DNA of 53,050 nucleotides from an uncultured Agromyces sp. (GCA_965652625.1 CBFGWW010000001.1:1-53050); one strand, 5' to 3'; shown: positions 8,790-18,471, numbered from the stretch's first letter. Notes: a model not told the origin generated them from the sequence alone. Made by a program: numbers and translations.

Positions 8790-9929
8790 ATGAGCCTCAA
8801 TGTCGAGCACCACAGCGTCCGCGCCCTCCCGTCCGAGAAACCGATCCGGCTGCTCGACAACGCCGGCCACGCGGTGCACGGCGCGGCCGCCGGCGGCTTC
8901 GAGCTCCCCGAGGTCGAGACGCTCGTCGAGCTGTATCGGCGCATGGTCGTCGCACGCCGATTCGACGTGCAGGTCACCGCCCTCACGAAGCAGGGACGCC
9001 TCGCAACCTACCCCTCCGCCTACGGCCAGGAGGCGTGCGAGATCGGCGCGATCTCGGCGATCGAGGCGCGCGACTGGTTCTTCCCGACCTACCGCGACAG
9101 CATCGCGCTGCTGACCCGCGGCATCGAGCCCGGCGGCATCCTCGCCTCGTTCCGCGGCGACTGGCACAACGGCTACGACCAGCACGCCCACCGCACGGCC
9201 TCGCAGGCGACCCCGCTCGCGACGCAGGCGCTGCACGCCGTGGGGCTGGCGCACGCCGCCCGCCTGCGCCAGGACCCGATCGTGACGATGACGTACCTCG
9301 GCGACGGCGCCACCAGCGAGGGCGACGCGCACGAGGCGTTCAACTTCGCGGCGGTCTGGCAGACGCCCACCGTCTTCCTGATCCAGAACAACGGCTTCGC
9401 CATCTCGACGCCGGTGTCGCGGCAGACGCGCGCCGTCACCCTCGCCGACAAGGCCGTCGGCTACGGCATGCCCGGCTACCACGTCGACGGCAACGACGTC
9501 GCGGCCATGTACGCGGTGACCCACGCCGCCGTCGAGCGCGCCCGCGCCGGCGGCGGACCGACGCTCATCGAGGGCCTCACCTACCGGATCGAGGCGCACA
9601 CGAACTCCGACGACCCGACGCGGTACCGCCACTCGCGCGACGTCGAGCACTGGAAGCGCCGCGACCCGATCGAGCGCCTCGAGAAGTACCTCGTCTCCGA
9701 GGGCGCGCTGAGCGAGTCGGCGCGGGCCGAGATCGCGGATGCCGCGGAGGCCGTCGCCGCGCACACGCGAGAGGTCATGACCGCCGAGGCCGAGCTCGAC
9801 CCGCTGGAGCTGTTCGACCACGTGTACGGCCGGGAGCGCGCTTCGCTCCTCGAGCAGCGCGCACGCCTCGAAGCCGAGCTCGCCGACGCCGCGATGCACG
9901 CCGCCGACCACGCCGGAGCCGCCCGATGA
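8790..9929 (+). CDS. bkdA: 2-oxoacid (probably branched-chain) dehydrogenase E1 alpha subunit
   Basis: TPP motif GDGATSEGD...NN, FPTYRD, HTNSDDPTRYR; substrate assignment inferred from the Lrp linkage. Confidence 0.85.
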   Translation: MSLNVEHHSVRALPSEKPIRLLDNAGHAVHGAAAGGFELPEVETLVELYRRMVVARRFDVQVTALTKQGRLATYPSAYGQEACEIGAISAIEARDWFFPTYRDSIALLTRGIEPGGILASFRGDWHNGYDQHAHRTASQATPLATQALHAVGLAHAARLRQDPIVTMTYLGDGATSEGDAHEAFNFAAVWQTPTVFLIQNNGFAISTPVSRQTRAVTLADKAVGYGMPGYHVDGNDVAAMYAVTHAAVERARAGGGPTLIEGLTYRIEAHTNSDDPTRYRHSRDVEHWKRRDPIERLEKYLVSEGALSESARAEIADAAEAVAAHTREVMTAEAELDPLELFDHVYGRERASLLEQRARLEAELADAAMHAADHAGAAR

Positions 9930-10948
9930 CCGCGACCTCGACCAAGCCCGACGCCGCCGAGGCATCCGCGCCCACGCAGCTCACGATGGCCGGCGCGCTC
10001 AACGCCGCGCTCCGCGACGCCATGGAGGCCGACGACCGCGTCGTCGTCTACGGCGAGGACGTCGGCCCGCTCGGCGGCGTGTTCCGCGTCACCGACGGCC
10101 TCCAGGAGCGCTTCGGCGAGGACCGCATCTGGGACTCGCCGCTGGCCGAGTCCGGCATCGTCGGCACCGCGGTGGGCATGGCCATGTACGGCATGCGCCC
10201 GGTCGTCGAGATGCAGTTCGACGCGTTCAGCTACCCCGCGTTCGAGCAGATGGTCTCGCACGTCGCGAAGATGCGGAACCGCACGAAGGGCCGGATGACG
10301 CTGCCGATGGTCGTGCGCATCCCCTGCGCCGGCGCCATCGGCGGCGTCGAGCACCACTCCGACTCCTCCGAGGCGTACTGGACGTCGACGCCCGGACTCA
10401 CGGTCGTGATGCCGTCGAACCCCGCCGACGCGTACTCGATGCTGCGCGAGGCGATCGAGAGCGACGACCCGGTCGTGTTCATGGAGCCGAAGAGCCGCTA
10501 CTGGTCGAAGGCCGAGATGTCGCTGCCCGTGCGCACCGCGCCCATGGACCGCGCCGTCGTGGTGCGCGAGGGCACCGACGTGACCCTGCTCGCCTACGGA
10601 CCGACCGTCCGCACGGCCCTCGAGGCGGCCGACGCCGCCGCGGCCGAGGACCTGTCGATCGAGGTCGTCGACCTGCGCAGCCTCTCCCCCTTCGACGACG
10701 AGACCGTCGGGGCATCCGTGCGCAAGACCTCGCGGGCCGCCGTGATCCACGAGGCCGCGCAGTTCGGCGGCTACGGCGCCGAGGTCGCGGCCCGGGTGAC
10801 CGAGCGCAACTTCCACTGGCTCTCGGCGCCCGTGCTGCGCATCACCGGCTTCGACATCCCGTTCCCGTCGCCGAAGCTCGAGGAGTACCACCTGCCCACG
10901 CCCGACCGCGTGCTCGCCGCGCTCGACACGTGGGAGTGGGACGACTGA
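9926..10948 (+). CDS. bkdB: 2-oxoacid dehydrogenase E1 beta subunit
   Basis: GEDVG..GGVFRVTDGL, DSPLAESGI, EMQF, EHHS; ATGA overlap with E1 alpha. Confidence 0.88.
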   Translation: MTATSTKPDAAEASAPTQLTMAGALNAALRDAMEADDRVVVYGEDVGPLGGVFRVTDGLQERFGEDRIWDSPLAESGIVGTAVGMAMYGMRPVVEMQFDAFSYPAFEQMVSHVAKMRNRTKGRMTLPMVVRIPCAGAIGGVEHHSDSSEAYWTSTPGLTVVMPSNPADAYSMLREAIESDDPVVFMEPKSRYWSKAEMSLPVRTAPMDRAVVVREGTDVTLLAYGPTVRTALEAADAAAAEDLSIEVVDLRSLSPFDDETVGASVRKTSRAAVIHEAAQFGGYGAEVAARVTERNFHWLSAPVLRITGFDIPFPSPKLEEYHLPTPDRVLAALDTWEWDD

Positions 10949-12447
10949 TGGGCCGCGACTTCATCCTGCCCGACCTCGGCGAGGGCCTCACCGAGGCCGA
11001 GGTCGTCGCCTGGCTCGTCGCACCCGGTGACGAGGTCGGCATCGACCAGCCCGTCGTCGAGCTCGAGTCCGCGAAGTCGGTCGTGCAACTGCCGACCCCG
11101 TTCGCCGGCGTCGTCGAGACGCTCGGCGGTGAGGTCGGCCAGGTACTGCACGCCGGCGACGTGCTCATGACGCTCGCGCCCGTCGGCGCCGAGGTCGCCT
11201 CGGATGCCGCGCCCGCCGCCGAAGCGACGACGGATGCCGCGCCCGCGACCGAGGCGCAGACGGATGCCGCGCCCGCACCGGTCGCCGCCGAGCCCGGCAT
11301 CGCCGTGCCCACCGAGGCCGCCTCCGAGGAGTCGGGCGCGGTGCTCATCGGCTACGGCACCAAGGCGACGACCGCGACGAAGCGGTCGGCCGCGGCACCG
11401 ACGCGGTTCGGTCGCCGGCGGCGTCCCGCCGGGACGGGCGCAGGCGGCACCGGTGGCTCGGGCGGGCCCGGGAACACCGGCCGCACCGCGACCGGGCCCG
11501 CGCCTGCCCGGCTGGACCCCGCACGCCGCTCCCCCGTCGTCTCCCCGATCGTGCGGCGGATCGCCCGCGAGCACGGCTTCGACGCGAGCCAGCTCGACGG
11601 TTCGGGTCCCGACCACCTCGTGCGGCGCCGCGACGTCGAGGCGTACGTGCAGGAGCTCGAGGGCACGACGACGGCCGCGACCGAGACCACGGCCGCCGAG
11701 CCCCCGACGCCCGAGCGCGAGCTCGCGGCATCCGCCGGCCCGACGACCGAGCCGGCGGGCGACCGCCGCGTGCCGCTCGACCGGATGGGACGCGCCGCCG
11801 CGGCGCACTTCTCGCGATCGCGCCGCGAGATCCCCGAGGCGACCGTCTGGATGGACGTCGACGCGACCGAGCTGCTCGCGGCGCGCCGGCAGCTGCAGGA
11901 GGCGACCGGCGAGCGCTTCGGCGTCACGGCGCTCGTGGCGCGCTTCATCGTGGCCGGGCTGGCGAGGCATCCGCTGCTCAACTCGAGCTTCGACGCCGAG
12001 CACGACGAGATCCTGCTGCACGGCGACGTGAACCTCGGCATCGCCGCGCAGACGCCACGCGGCCTGCTCGTGCCCGTGGTGCACGGCGCGGGGCGGATGT
12101 CGCTGCGCGAGCTGCGCGACGCGATCGGCGCACGCAGCGAGGAGGCGGCGTCGGGCGCGTTCCCGCCGTCCGCGCTCACCGGCGGCACGTTCACGCTGAA
12201 CAACTACGGCACGCTCGGCGTCGACGGCTCCGCCGCGATCATCAACCACCCCGAGGCGGGCATGCTCGGCATCGGGCGCCTCGTCGAGCGGCCGTGGGTC
12301 GTCGACGGCGCGCTGGCCGTGCGCACGGTGACCGAGCTCACGCTCTCCTTCGACCACCGCGTGTGCGACGGCGCCGAGGCGGCGGCGTTCCTCACGTTCG
12401 TCGCGCGCTGCATCGAGCGTCCGGTGTCGGTGCTCGCCGACCTCTGA
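10948..12447 (+). CDS. bkdC: Dihydrolipoamide acyltransferase E2
   Basis: Lipoyl domain LPDLGEGLTEA..ESAKS, E3-binding SPIVRRIARE, catalytic DHRVCDG. Confidence 0.9.
   Translation: MGRDFILPDLGEGLTEAEVVAWLVAPGDEVGIDQPVVELESAKSVVQLPTPFAGVVETLGGEVGQVLHAGDVLMTLAPVGAEVASDAAPAAEATTDAAPATEAQTDAAPAPVAAEPGIAVPTEAASEESGAVLIGYGTKATTATKRSAAAPTRFGRRRRPAGTGAGGTGGSGGPGNTGRTATGPAPARLDPARRSPVVSPIVRRIAREHGFDASQLDGSGPDHLVRRRDVEAYVQELEGTTTAATETTAAEPPTPERELAASAGPTTEPAGDRRVPLDRMGRAAAAHFSRSRREIPEATVWMDVDATELLAARRQLQEATGERFGVTALVARFIVAGLARHPLLNSSFDAEHDEILLHGDVNLGIAAQTPRGLLVPVVHGAGRMSLRELRDAIGARSEEAASGAFPPSALTGGTFTLNNYGTLGVDGSAAIINHPEAGMLGIGRLVERPWVVDGALAVRTVTELTLSFDHRVCDGAEAAAFLTFVARCIERPVSVLADL
11191..11280 (+). 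repeat. Three imperfect 30-bp tandem units in the E2 linker
   Basis: CGGATGCCGCGCCCGC at 11201, 11231 and 11261 (EVASDAAPAA/EATTDAAPAT/EAQTDAAPAP). Confidence 0.85.
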
Positions 12448-12495
12448 GGCCGTCCGGCTTCCCCCGCTGAGCCCGGCCGAACCTCGCAGGGCAGG

Positions 12496-12539
12496 CGGAT
12501 GCCGCGGCGTCGGGCTCGAGGCGGCCGCCGCGGCATCCG
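12496..12539. terminator. Bidirectional terminator-like hairpin made of an inverted GGATGCC pair
   Basis: Perfect 14-bp stem CGGATGCCGCGGCG / CGCCGCGGCATCCG between convergent stops at 12447 and 12552. Confidence 0.7.
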
Positions 12540-12551
12540 TCGATCAGGGGA

Positions 12552-13076
12552 TCAGAAGAAGTCGTCGGGCGTGCCCGCTGCGCGTTCGACGTCGCGCGTG
12601 CTCTCGCCCGCGGCCCGGAGCTTGGCGACCGCGACCCGGAGGCCGGACTCCATCTGCGCGGCCCACGAGTCGGAGTCGCGTGCGCTCGACTCCGCGGCGC
12701 GCGCGCGTTCCTCTGCGGCCTCGGCGGTGGCCCGGGCGTCGGCGACCTGGCGCAGCGCCAGCGAGATCCCGTAGTAGGCGGCGACCATCGTGGCGATCGG
12801 CGCGGCGATCACCGCGAGCGCGCTGATCGCTGCTCCGGTCGGGCTGAACGCGATGAGCAGCGCGAACGCGAGGAACAGCACGACGATGCCCACGAGCACG
12901 ACGAGCATGAACCGCAGGTCGCGGCCCCAGACACGCGACGACGAGCGCTGCGAGGACCCACCGCCCGACTCGGGCTGGGGACCCGCGGGCATCACCACGG
13001 TGTCATCGGGCTGCTGGGCCGGATAGCCGGCCTGCGCCCCCTGGTCGACGATCTGACGTGAGTACGCGTCGGTCAT
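12552..13076 (-). CDS. Hypothetical two-TM membrane protein with a coiled-coil tail
   Basis: ATG 13076 after GGGGGAG; two hydrophobic helices; host-like codon bias; own promoter. Confidence 0.75.
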   Translation of the reverse strand: MTDAYSRQIVDQGAQAGYPAQQPDDTVVMPAGPQPESGGGSSQRSSSRVWGRDLRFMLVVLVGIVVLFLAFALLIAFSPTGAAISALAVIAAPIATMVAAYYGISLALRQVADARATAEAAEERARAAESSARDSDSWAAQMESGLRVAVAKLRAAGESTRDVERAAGTPDDFF

Positions 13077-13112
13077 GGCTCCCCCGCTTCCCGTGCATTG
13101 CCGGACCCCCCA

Positions 13113-13141
13113 ATTGTGGGTCGGCCCGGCGAAGGGGTCAA
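13113..13141 (-). promoter_or_regulatory. sigma70-type promoter
   Basis: TTGACC-17 nt-CACAAT upstream of the 12552-13076 gene. Confidence 0.55.
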
Positions 13142-13171
13142 GGAAACGCGCCGCCGGAACTCCCTCGAGCC

Positions 13172-13669
13172 TCAGGCGGCCGCGGCCTCCGCGAGGCCTC
13201 GCTCGATGACCGCGAGCACCGCCGGGTCGTCGGGCTGCACGTTGGGGCGGAATCGGACGACCTCGCCGTCGGGCAGCAGCAGGAACTTCTCGAAGTTCCA
13301 GGTCACGCGCCCGGCCTTGCCCGCGGCATCCGGCGCCTTCGTGAGCTCGACGTAGAGCGGATGCCGCTTGCGCCCGTTGACCTTCACCTTGGCCATGAGC
13401 GGGAACGTCACGCCGTAGGTCATCGAGCAGAAGGACTTGATGTCCTCGGAGCTCCCCGGCTCCTGGCCGGCGAACTGGTTGCAGGGGAAGCCGAGCACGG
13501 TGAAGCCGCGCTCGCCGTACTCGCGCTGCAGCGCCTCGAGCTTCTCGTACTGCGGCGTCAGCCCGCACCGCGAGGCGACGTTCACCACCAGCACGACGCG
13601 GTCGTCGTACTCGGCCAGGGTCGTCGTCTCGCCGTCGATGGTCGTGAGCGGGATGTCTCTGAGGTCCAC
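13172..13669 (-). CDS. Glutathione peroxidase family protein (Cys type)
   Basis: NVASRCGLTPQY, GFPCNQF, WNFEKFL. Confidence 0.95.
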   Translation of the reverse strand: MDLRDIPLTTIDGETTTLAEYDDRVVLVVNVASRCGLTPQYEKLEALQREYGERGFTVLGFPCNQFAGQEPGSSEDIKSFCSMTYGVTFPLMAKVKVNGRKRHPLYVELTKAPDAAGKAGRVTWNFEKFLLLPDGEVVRFRPNVQPDDPAVLAVIERGLAEAAAA

Positions 13670-13723
13670 CGTTCGAGCCTAACGCGGGCTCGCTGGGCGT
13701 CTGCGCAGACTCCGAAGACGACG

Positions 13724-13750
13724 ATGGCCGGCGCTTCCGCGACCGGCCAT
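13724..13750 (-). terminator. Hairpin downstream of tRNA-Ala
   Basis: ATGGCCGG...CCGGCCAT, 9 nt past the CCA end. Confidence 0.55.
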
Positions 13751-13759
13751 TCCGTGTAT

Positions 13760-13835
13760 TGGTGGATCTGAGGGGACTCGAACCCCTGACCCCCTGCATG
13801 CCATGCAGGTGCGCTACCAGCTGCGCCACAGACCC
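13760..13835 (-). tRNA. tRNA-Ala (GGC)
   Basis: GGGTCTGTGGCGCAGCTGGTAGCGCACCTGCATGGCATGCAGGGGGTCAGGGGTTCGAGTCCCCTCAGATCCACCA: 76 nt, G3:U70 pair, GGC anticodon, TTCGA loop, encoded CCA. Confidence 0.98.
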
Positions 13836-13935
13836 GTGCGCCCCGTTCGGGGCAACGAATTGAGCTTACACCAGCCGGGGGCCTCCGAAGAAATCGAGCG
13901 GTGCTCAGCCGACGGATGCCGCGGACGCCGCGCGC

Positions 13936-14325
13936 TCAGTTCGCGGAGCTGCCGCTGCCCGCCGCGAGCAGCGGCGCGACCGGCAGCACCGGGCAGTCGA
14001 GCCACAGGCGCTCGAGGCCGTAGTAGAGTCGCTCCTCGCGGTGGAAGACGTGCACGACGAGGTCGCCGAAGTCGAGCAGCACCCACCGTCCGGCGTCGTG
14101 GCCCTCGCGGCGGTGCGTCTTGGCGCCGGCCTTGCGGAGCACGTCCTCGACCTCGTCGGCGATCGCGATCACGTTGCGCTCGGACGTGCCCGTGACGATG
14201 AGGAACACGTCGGCGAAGGGCAGCGGAACCGACACGTCGAGGGCGACGAGGTCCTCGCCGCCCTTCGAGTCGGCCGCGCGCGCCGCGAGGGCGAGCGAGT
14301 CGAGTGCCTGGTCGGATGCGGTCAT
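13936..14325 (-). CDS. rsfS: Ribosome silencing factor
   Basis: KGGEDLVALDV, WVLLDFGDLVVHVF, YYGLERLW; downstream of nadD. Confidence 0.95.
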   Translation of the reverse strand: MTASDQALDSLALAARAADSKGGEDLVALDVSVPLPFADVFLIVTGTSERNVIAIADEVEDVLRKAGAKTHRREGHDAGRWVLLDFGDLVVHVFHREERLYYGLERLWLDCPVLPVAPLLAAGSGSSAN

Positions 14326-14360
14326 ACGCTCACTTCCGGTAGCTGGTGATGACGCGGCGA

Positions 14361-15497
14361 TCAGAACAGGCCGGCGACCGCGCCGATGATGAGGGTGGCG
14401 ACGACGCCGAGGGCGAGCACGCCGGCGGTGACGGCGAGCACGAGCGGAACGTTCATGCCCTCCTTCTTCGGCGGCGCCATCATGGCGCGTGCGTTGTTCT
14501 GGGTGCTGATCGCCCGCGTGGCCGCGACGGGGGCGCCGACGCCCGCGCCGTCCTCGACCTGGTCGAACAGGCGGTCGACGTCGGAGGAGTCGATCTGGCT
14601 GGGATGCACGCCCGTCGCGCCGAAGCTGCGCGGCAGGTCGATGGAGCCGGTCACGATGACCTCGCCGCTCTTCGCGAGCGCGTCGCTCATCGGGCCCTGA
14701 TCGGGCAGGTTGGGCAGGATGAGCGCGTTGGTGGTCGTCGGGACGCCGTGGCTGATGCCGCCGCGCGACAGCAGCTGGTCGAACGGTTCGGCCCGCTCGA
14801 TCGGGGCGTCGAGCTGCGACGTCCAGTGCCCGACCGGCTTGGGAGCGGCGGCAGGCTCGTCGGCGATCGCGGCATCCGCGATCTGGTGCGGTGCGGGCGC
14901 ACGCATCGGTGCCGGCGGCTGGCCGAACGGGTTCGACGTCGCGCTCGGCACGGGAGCCGCAGGCGCGGGCGCGACGGGCCCGGGCGCGACGGGCCCGGGC
15001 GCGGACGGCGTCTCGGGCCCGAGCTCGTCGAAGATGTCGAGGTCGTGGAACTCGCCCGCCGCGTGCGCGTCGAGCATCGCCCGCAGCTCACGACGCGTGA
15101 GCGTGCGCTCGGGCGTCGAGGGCTCGGGCACGGGCTCCTGGCGCGGCGGGGCGGAGGCGGTGGGATCGAACTGCGGCGGGAACGCGCTGCCGGGCGCAGC
15201 CGAGGGCGGCGACGCGATCGCGCCGCCGAACGGCGACGACGGGTCGGCGAATCCGCCGGCCGGACGGGGCGCCGTGGAGTCGGTCGGGGGCGCCTGCGGC
15301 GGAGCCGGCACGGACTGTGGCGGGGCCGGCGGCACCTGGGCTCGCGGCGGCACCTGCTGCTGCGCGGGCGGAGCCTGCGGCGCAGGGGTCGGGGCGCTCG
15401 GGGCGTCGGGGGTCGACGAAGCCGCCTGCTGCTCGAGCAGGCGTTCGCGTTCTCGCATCTCTCGCCGCGTCAGCGGCGGTTCCTGCGACGACGTCAT
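14361..15497 (-). CDS. Hypothetical Pro/Ala-rich protein with a C-terminal TM anchor
   Basis: ATGA overlap with nadD; two LTRRE(M/L)R motifs; [12 protein letters not shown]; final hydrophobic helix. Confidence 0.8.
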   Translation of the reverse strand: MTSSQEPPLTRREMRERERLLEQQAASSTPDAPSAPTPAPQAPPAQQQVPPRAQVPPAPPQSVPAPPQAPPTDSTAPRPAGGFADPSSPFGGAIASPPSAAPGSAFPPQFDPTASAPPRQEPVPEPSTPERTLTRRELRAMLDAHAAGEFHDLDIFDELGPETPSAPGPVAPGPVAPAPAAPVPSATSNPFGQPPAPMRAPAPHQIADAAIADEPAAAPKPVGHWTSQLDAPIERAEPFDQLLSRGGISHGVPTTTNALILPNLPDQGPMSDALAKSGEVIVTGSIDLPRSFGATGVHPSQIDSSDVDRLFDQVEDGAGVGAPVAATRAISTQNNARAMMAPPKKEGMNVPLVLAVTAGVLALGVVATLIIGAVAGLF

Positions 15498-16093
15498 TCG
15501 ACACTCCGATAGAGGTGGTGCTTGGAGATGTACTGGACGACCCCATCAGGCACCAAGTACCACACCGGGAAACCCCGGCGTACCCGGTCTCGGCAGTCGG
15601 TCGACGAGATCGCCAGTGCCGGGACCTCCAGCAAGCTTACGTCCTGCTCGGGCAAACCCGAAACGGACAGGTCATGTCCCGGACGACTCACAGCCACGAA
15701 GTGGGCGAGCTCCCAGAGCTCCTCCACGTCGCGCCAACTGAGGATCTGGGCGATCGCGTCGGCTCCCGTGATGAAGAAGAGCTCCGCCTCGGGGCGCTCT
15801 CTTCGGATGTCGCGGAGGGTGTCGATCGTGAACGTCGGCTTGCCGCGATCGATGTCGACGCGGCTCACGGTGAAGCTCGGGTTCGACGCGGTCGCGATGA
15901 CCGTCATGAGGTAGCGGTGCTCGGCCGGGGTGACCACCGACTTGTACGTCGGCTCCCCCGTCGGCACGAAGACGACCTCGTCGAGGCCGTACGACTGGGC
16001 GACCTCGCTGGCCGCGACCAGGTGGCCGTGGTGGATCGGATCGAACGTGCCGCCCATCACGCCGATGCGTGGTCGGCCGCTCCCGCCGCTCAT
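15494..16093 (-). CDS. nadD: Nicotinate-nucleotide adenylyltransferase
   Basis: [25 protein letters not shown]. Confidence 0.96.
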   Translation of the reverse strand: MSGGSGRPRIGVMGGTFDPIHHGHLVAASEVAQSYGLDEVVFVPTGEPTYKSVVTPAEHRYLMTVIATASNPSFTVSRVDIDRGKPTFTIDTLRDIRRERPEAELFFITGADAIAQILSWRDVEELWELAHFVAVSRPGHDLSVSGLPEQDVSLLEVPALAISSTDCRDRVRRGFPVWYLVPDGVVQYISKHHLYRSVE

Positions 16094-16102
16094 GGCGCGA
16101 CC

Positions 16103-16324
16103 TCAGTGGCCGCCGTGCTCGCCCCCGCCGTGGCGCGCCGCATAGGCCTCGGCCTTGGACCGGTGACGGTTCGCGACGTCGCGGTACGACGCCGTGACGA
16201 AGGCCAGGGCGGCGAAGATGATGAGCGCCACGAGTCCGTAGACCCACGCCTCCACGGGGAGCTCCCTCGCGTGCACCGTCTCGGTCAGCACCGTGCCGGT
16301 CAGCACTGCGGTCGTGAGGCTCAT
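16103..16324 (-). CDS. Small single-TM membrane protein with a His/Gly-rich tail
   Basis: ATG after GAAAGGAA; MSLTTAV..WVYGLVALIIFAALAFVTASYRDVANRH..HGGGEHGGH; TAGACT -10 at 16363-16368. Confidence 0.75.
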   Translation of the reverse strand: MSLTTAVLTGTVLTETVHARELPVEAWVYGLVALIIFAALAFVTASYRDVANRHRSKAEAYAARHGGGEHGGH

Positions 16325-16374
16325 TCGCCGTTCCTTTCGATCCTGCGGGTGTTGCTCGTGACAGTCTAGCGAGG

Positions 16375-17643
16375 TCAGGCGCGCACGTGCCCGGCGCCGC
16401 GCACGATCCACTTCGTGCTCGTGAGCTCGGGCAGGCCCATGGGCCCGCGGGCATGCAGCTTCTGCGTCGAGATGCCGACCTCGGCACCGAAGCCGAACTC
16501 CGCCCCGTCGGTGAAGCGCGTCGAGGCGTTCACCATGACCGCCGCGGCATCCACCTCGTTGAGGAAGCGCTCGGCGTTGCCGAGGTCGTTCGTGACGATC
16601 GATTCGGTGTGCTTCGTGGAGTAGCGGCGGATGTGTCGCAGCGCGTCGTCCATCGAGTCGACGATGCCCACCGAGAGGTCGAGGCTCATGTGCTCGGTCG
16701 CCCAGTCCTCGTCGGTCACGGGCACGGTCTCGGGTCGCAGGGCGTGCACGCGCTCGTCGGCGTGCACGGTGACGCCGGATGCCTCGAGCCGGTCGAGCAC
16801 CGCCGGCAGCAGGCGCTCGGCGGCGTCGCGGTGCACGAGCAGCGTCTCGAGGGCGTTGCACACGCTCGGTCGCTGCACCTTCGCGTTGTGCACGAGCTCG
16901 ACGGCCCAGTCCTCGCGAGCGGATGCGTCGAGGAACATGTGCACGACGCCGGCGCCCGTCTCGATGACGGGCACCTTCGCCTCGTCGACGACCGCGCGGA
17001 TGAGTCCGGCGCTCCCGCGCGGGATGAGCACGTCGACGTAGTCGCGGGCCTGCATGAGGTGGCGGGCTCCGGCGCGGCCGAAGTCGTCGACGGTCTGCAC
17101 GCCGTCGGCGGGGAGGCCCACCGACTCGAGAGCGTCGCGCAGCACGCCGAGGAGCACGTGGTTGGTCTGCTCGGCGGCCGTGCCGCCGCGCAGCACGACC
17201 GCGTTGCCGCTCTTCAGCGCGAGCACGGCGATGTCGATCGTCACATTGGGTCGCGCCTCGTAGATCGCGCCGACGACGCCGAGCGGCACCCGCACCTGGT
17301 CGATGCGGACGCCGTTCGGCAGCGAACGGCCGCTGACGGTGTCGCCGATCGGGTCGGTGAGCGCGATGACCTCCAGCACGGCGTCGGCGAGGGCGCCGAC
17401 CCGGCGCTCGTCGAGGGCGAGGCGGTCGAGGAGTCCGCTGGAGAGGCCGGCCTCGCCGCCCGCCTCGAGGTCGCGGGCATTGGCGGCGATGATCTCGGCG
17501 GTGCGCTCGCGGAGCAGCGACGAGACGCGCTCGAGCGCGGCATCCTTCTCGGCCGTCGTGGCGCGGGCGAGCCGATACGACGCCTCCTTCGCGGCGGCGA
17601 GCCGCGCGTCGATCACCGTCGTGTCGAGGTCGGAGTGCTCCAT
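16375..17643 (-). CDS. proA: Glutamate-5-semialdehyde dehydrogenase
   Basis: IYEARPNVT, CNALET, NASTRFTDG, ISTQKLHARGPMGL. Confidence 0.97.
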   Translation of the reverse strand: MEHSDLDTTVIDARLAAAKEASYRLARATTAEKDAALERVSSLLRERTAEIIAANARDLEAGGEAGLSSGLLDRLALDERRVGALADAVLEVIALTDPIGDTVSGRSLPNGVRIDQVRVPLGVVGAIYEARPNVTIDIAVLALKSGNAVVLRGGTAAEQTNHVLLGVLRDALESVGLPADGVQTVDDFGRAGARHLMQARDYVDVLIPRGSAGLIRAVVDEAKVPVIETGAGVVHMFLDASAREDWAVELVHNAKVQRPSVCNALETLLVHRDAAERLLPAVLDRLEASGVTVHADERVHALRPETVPVTDEDWATEHMSLDLSVGIVDSMDDALRHIRRYSTKHTESIVTNDLGNAERFLNEVDAAAVMVNASTRFTDGAEFGFGAEVGISTQKLHARGPMGLPELTSTKWIVRGAGHVRA

Positions 17644-17667
17644 GGCACCAGCCTAGGCGAGCGCGGC

Positions 17668-18471
17668 CTACGCCCCGGCCGTGTGACGAACGGGGGCCGC
17701 GTCGAACCAGGTGCCCACCTCGGCGCCCGTGAGCGCCTGCGACACGAGCGGCGTGGCGGTGATGAGCACGGCGGCACCCGACTCCGCGGCGATGCGGGCG
17801 GCCGAGACCTTGGTCTCCGCTCCCCCGGTGCCGACGCCGGCGCGTCCGATCGACCCGATCTCGACGCCCGCGAGCGGGTCGCCGAACGGCACGTGCTCGA
17901 TCCGCTCGGCACCCTCGAGGTGCGGCGGCTTCGTGTAGAGCGCGTCGACGTCGGAGAGCAGCACGAGCAGGTCGGCGCCGATGAGCTCGGCCACCATCGC
18001 GGCCAGCCGGTCGTTGTCGCCGAACCGGATCTCATGCGTCGCCACGGTGTCGTTCTCGTTGACGATGGGCAGGATGCGCAGGGCGAGGAGCCGGTCCATG
18101 GCGCGCTGGGCGTTGGAGCGCGGTGTCGCGTGCTCGAGGTCGCCCGCGGTGAGCAGCACCTGGCCTGCGACGATGCCGTAGCGATCGAGCGAGTCCTGGT
18201 AGCGGAACACCAGCAGGTTCTGCCCCACGGATGCCGCGGCCTGCTGCGTTGCGAGGTCGTTGGGCCGTTCGTCGAGCCTCAGGTACGGCATGCCCGTGGC
18301 GATCGCGCCCGACGAGACGAGCACCACCTCGGTGCCGTGCTCGTGCGCCGCGGCGAGGGCGTCGACGAGCGGGCCGATCTGGCCGGCGTTCTCGCCGCTG
18401 ATGGACGACGAGCCCACCTTCACGACGATGCGACGGGCGTTCGGGATGTCGGCGCGCGTGCGCGGGGTCAC
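17668..18471 (-). CDS. proB: Glutamate 5-kinase (short form without PUA domain)
   Basis: [25 protein letters not shown]; GTGA overlap with obgE. Confidence 0.95.
   Translation of the reverse strand: MTPRTRADIPNARRIVVKVGSSSISGENAGQIGPLVDALAAAHEHGTEVVLVSSGAIATGMPYLRLDERPNDLATQQAAASVGQNLLVFRYQDSLDRYGIVAGQVLLTAGDLEHATPRSNAQRAMDRLLALRILPIVNENDTVATHEIRFGDNDRLAAMVAELIGADLLVLLSDVDALYTKPPHLEGAERIEHVPFGDPLAGVEIGSIGRAGVGTGGAETKVSAARIAAESGAAVLITATPLVSQALTGAEVGTWFDAAPVRHTAGA

Noticed and set aside
12552-13829. 425-aa ORF starting inside the tRNA
   Set aside because: It crosses tRNA-Ala and gpx out of frame; the real gene starts at 13076 with its own RBS and promoter
12448-13835. tRNA-Ala as an island integration site
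   Set aside because: No duplicated tRNA 3' end, no integrase and no GC shift downstream
17668-18471. proB as a truncated pseudogene
   Set aside because: The kinase domain is complete and ends cleanly before the proA promoter; PUA-less ProB is a known form
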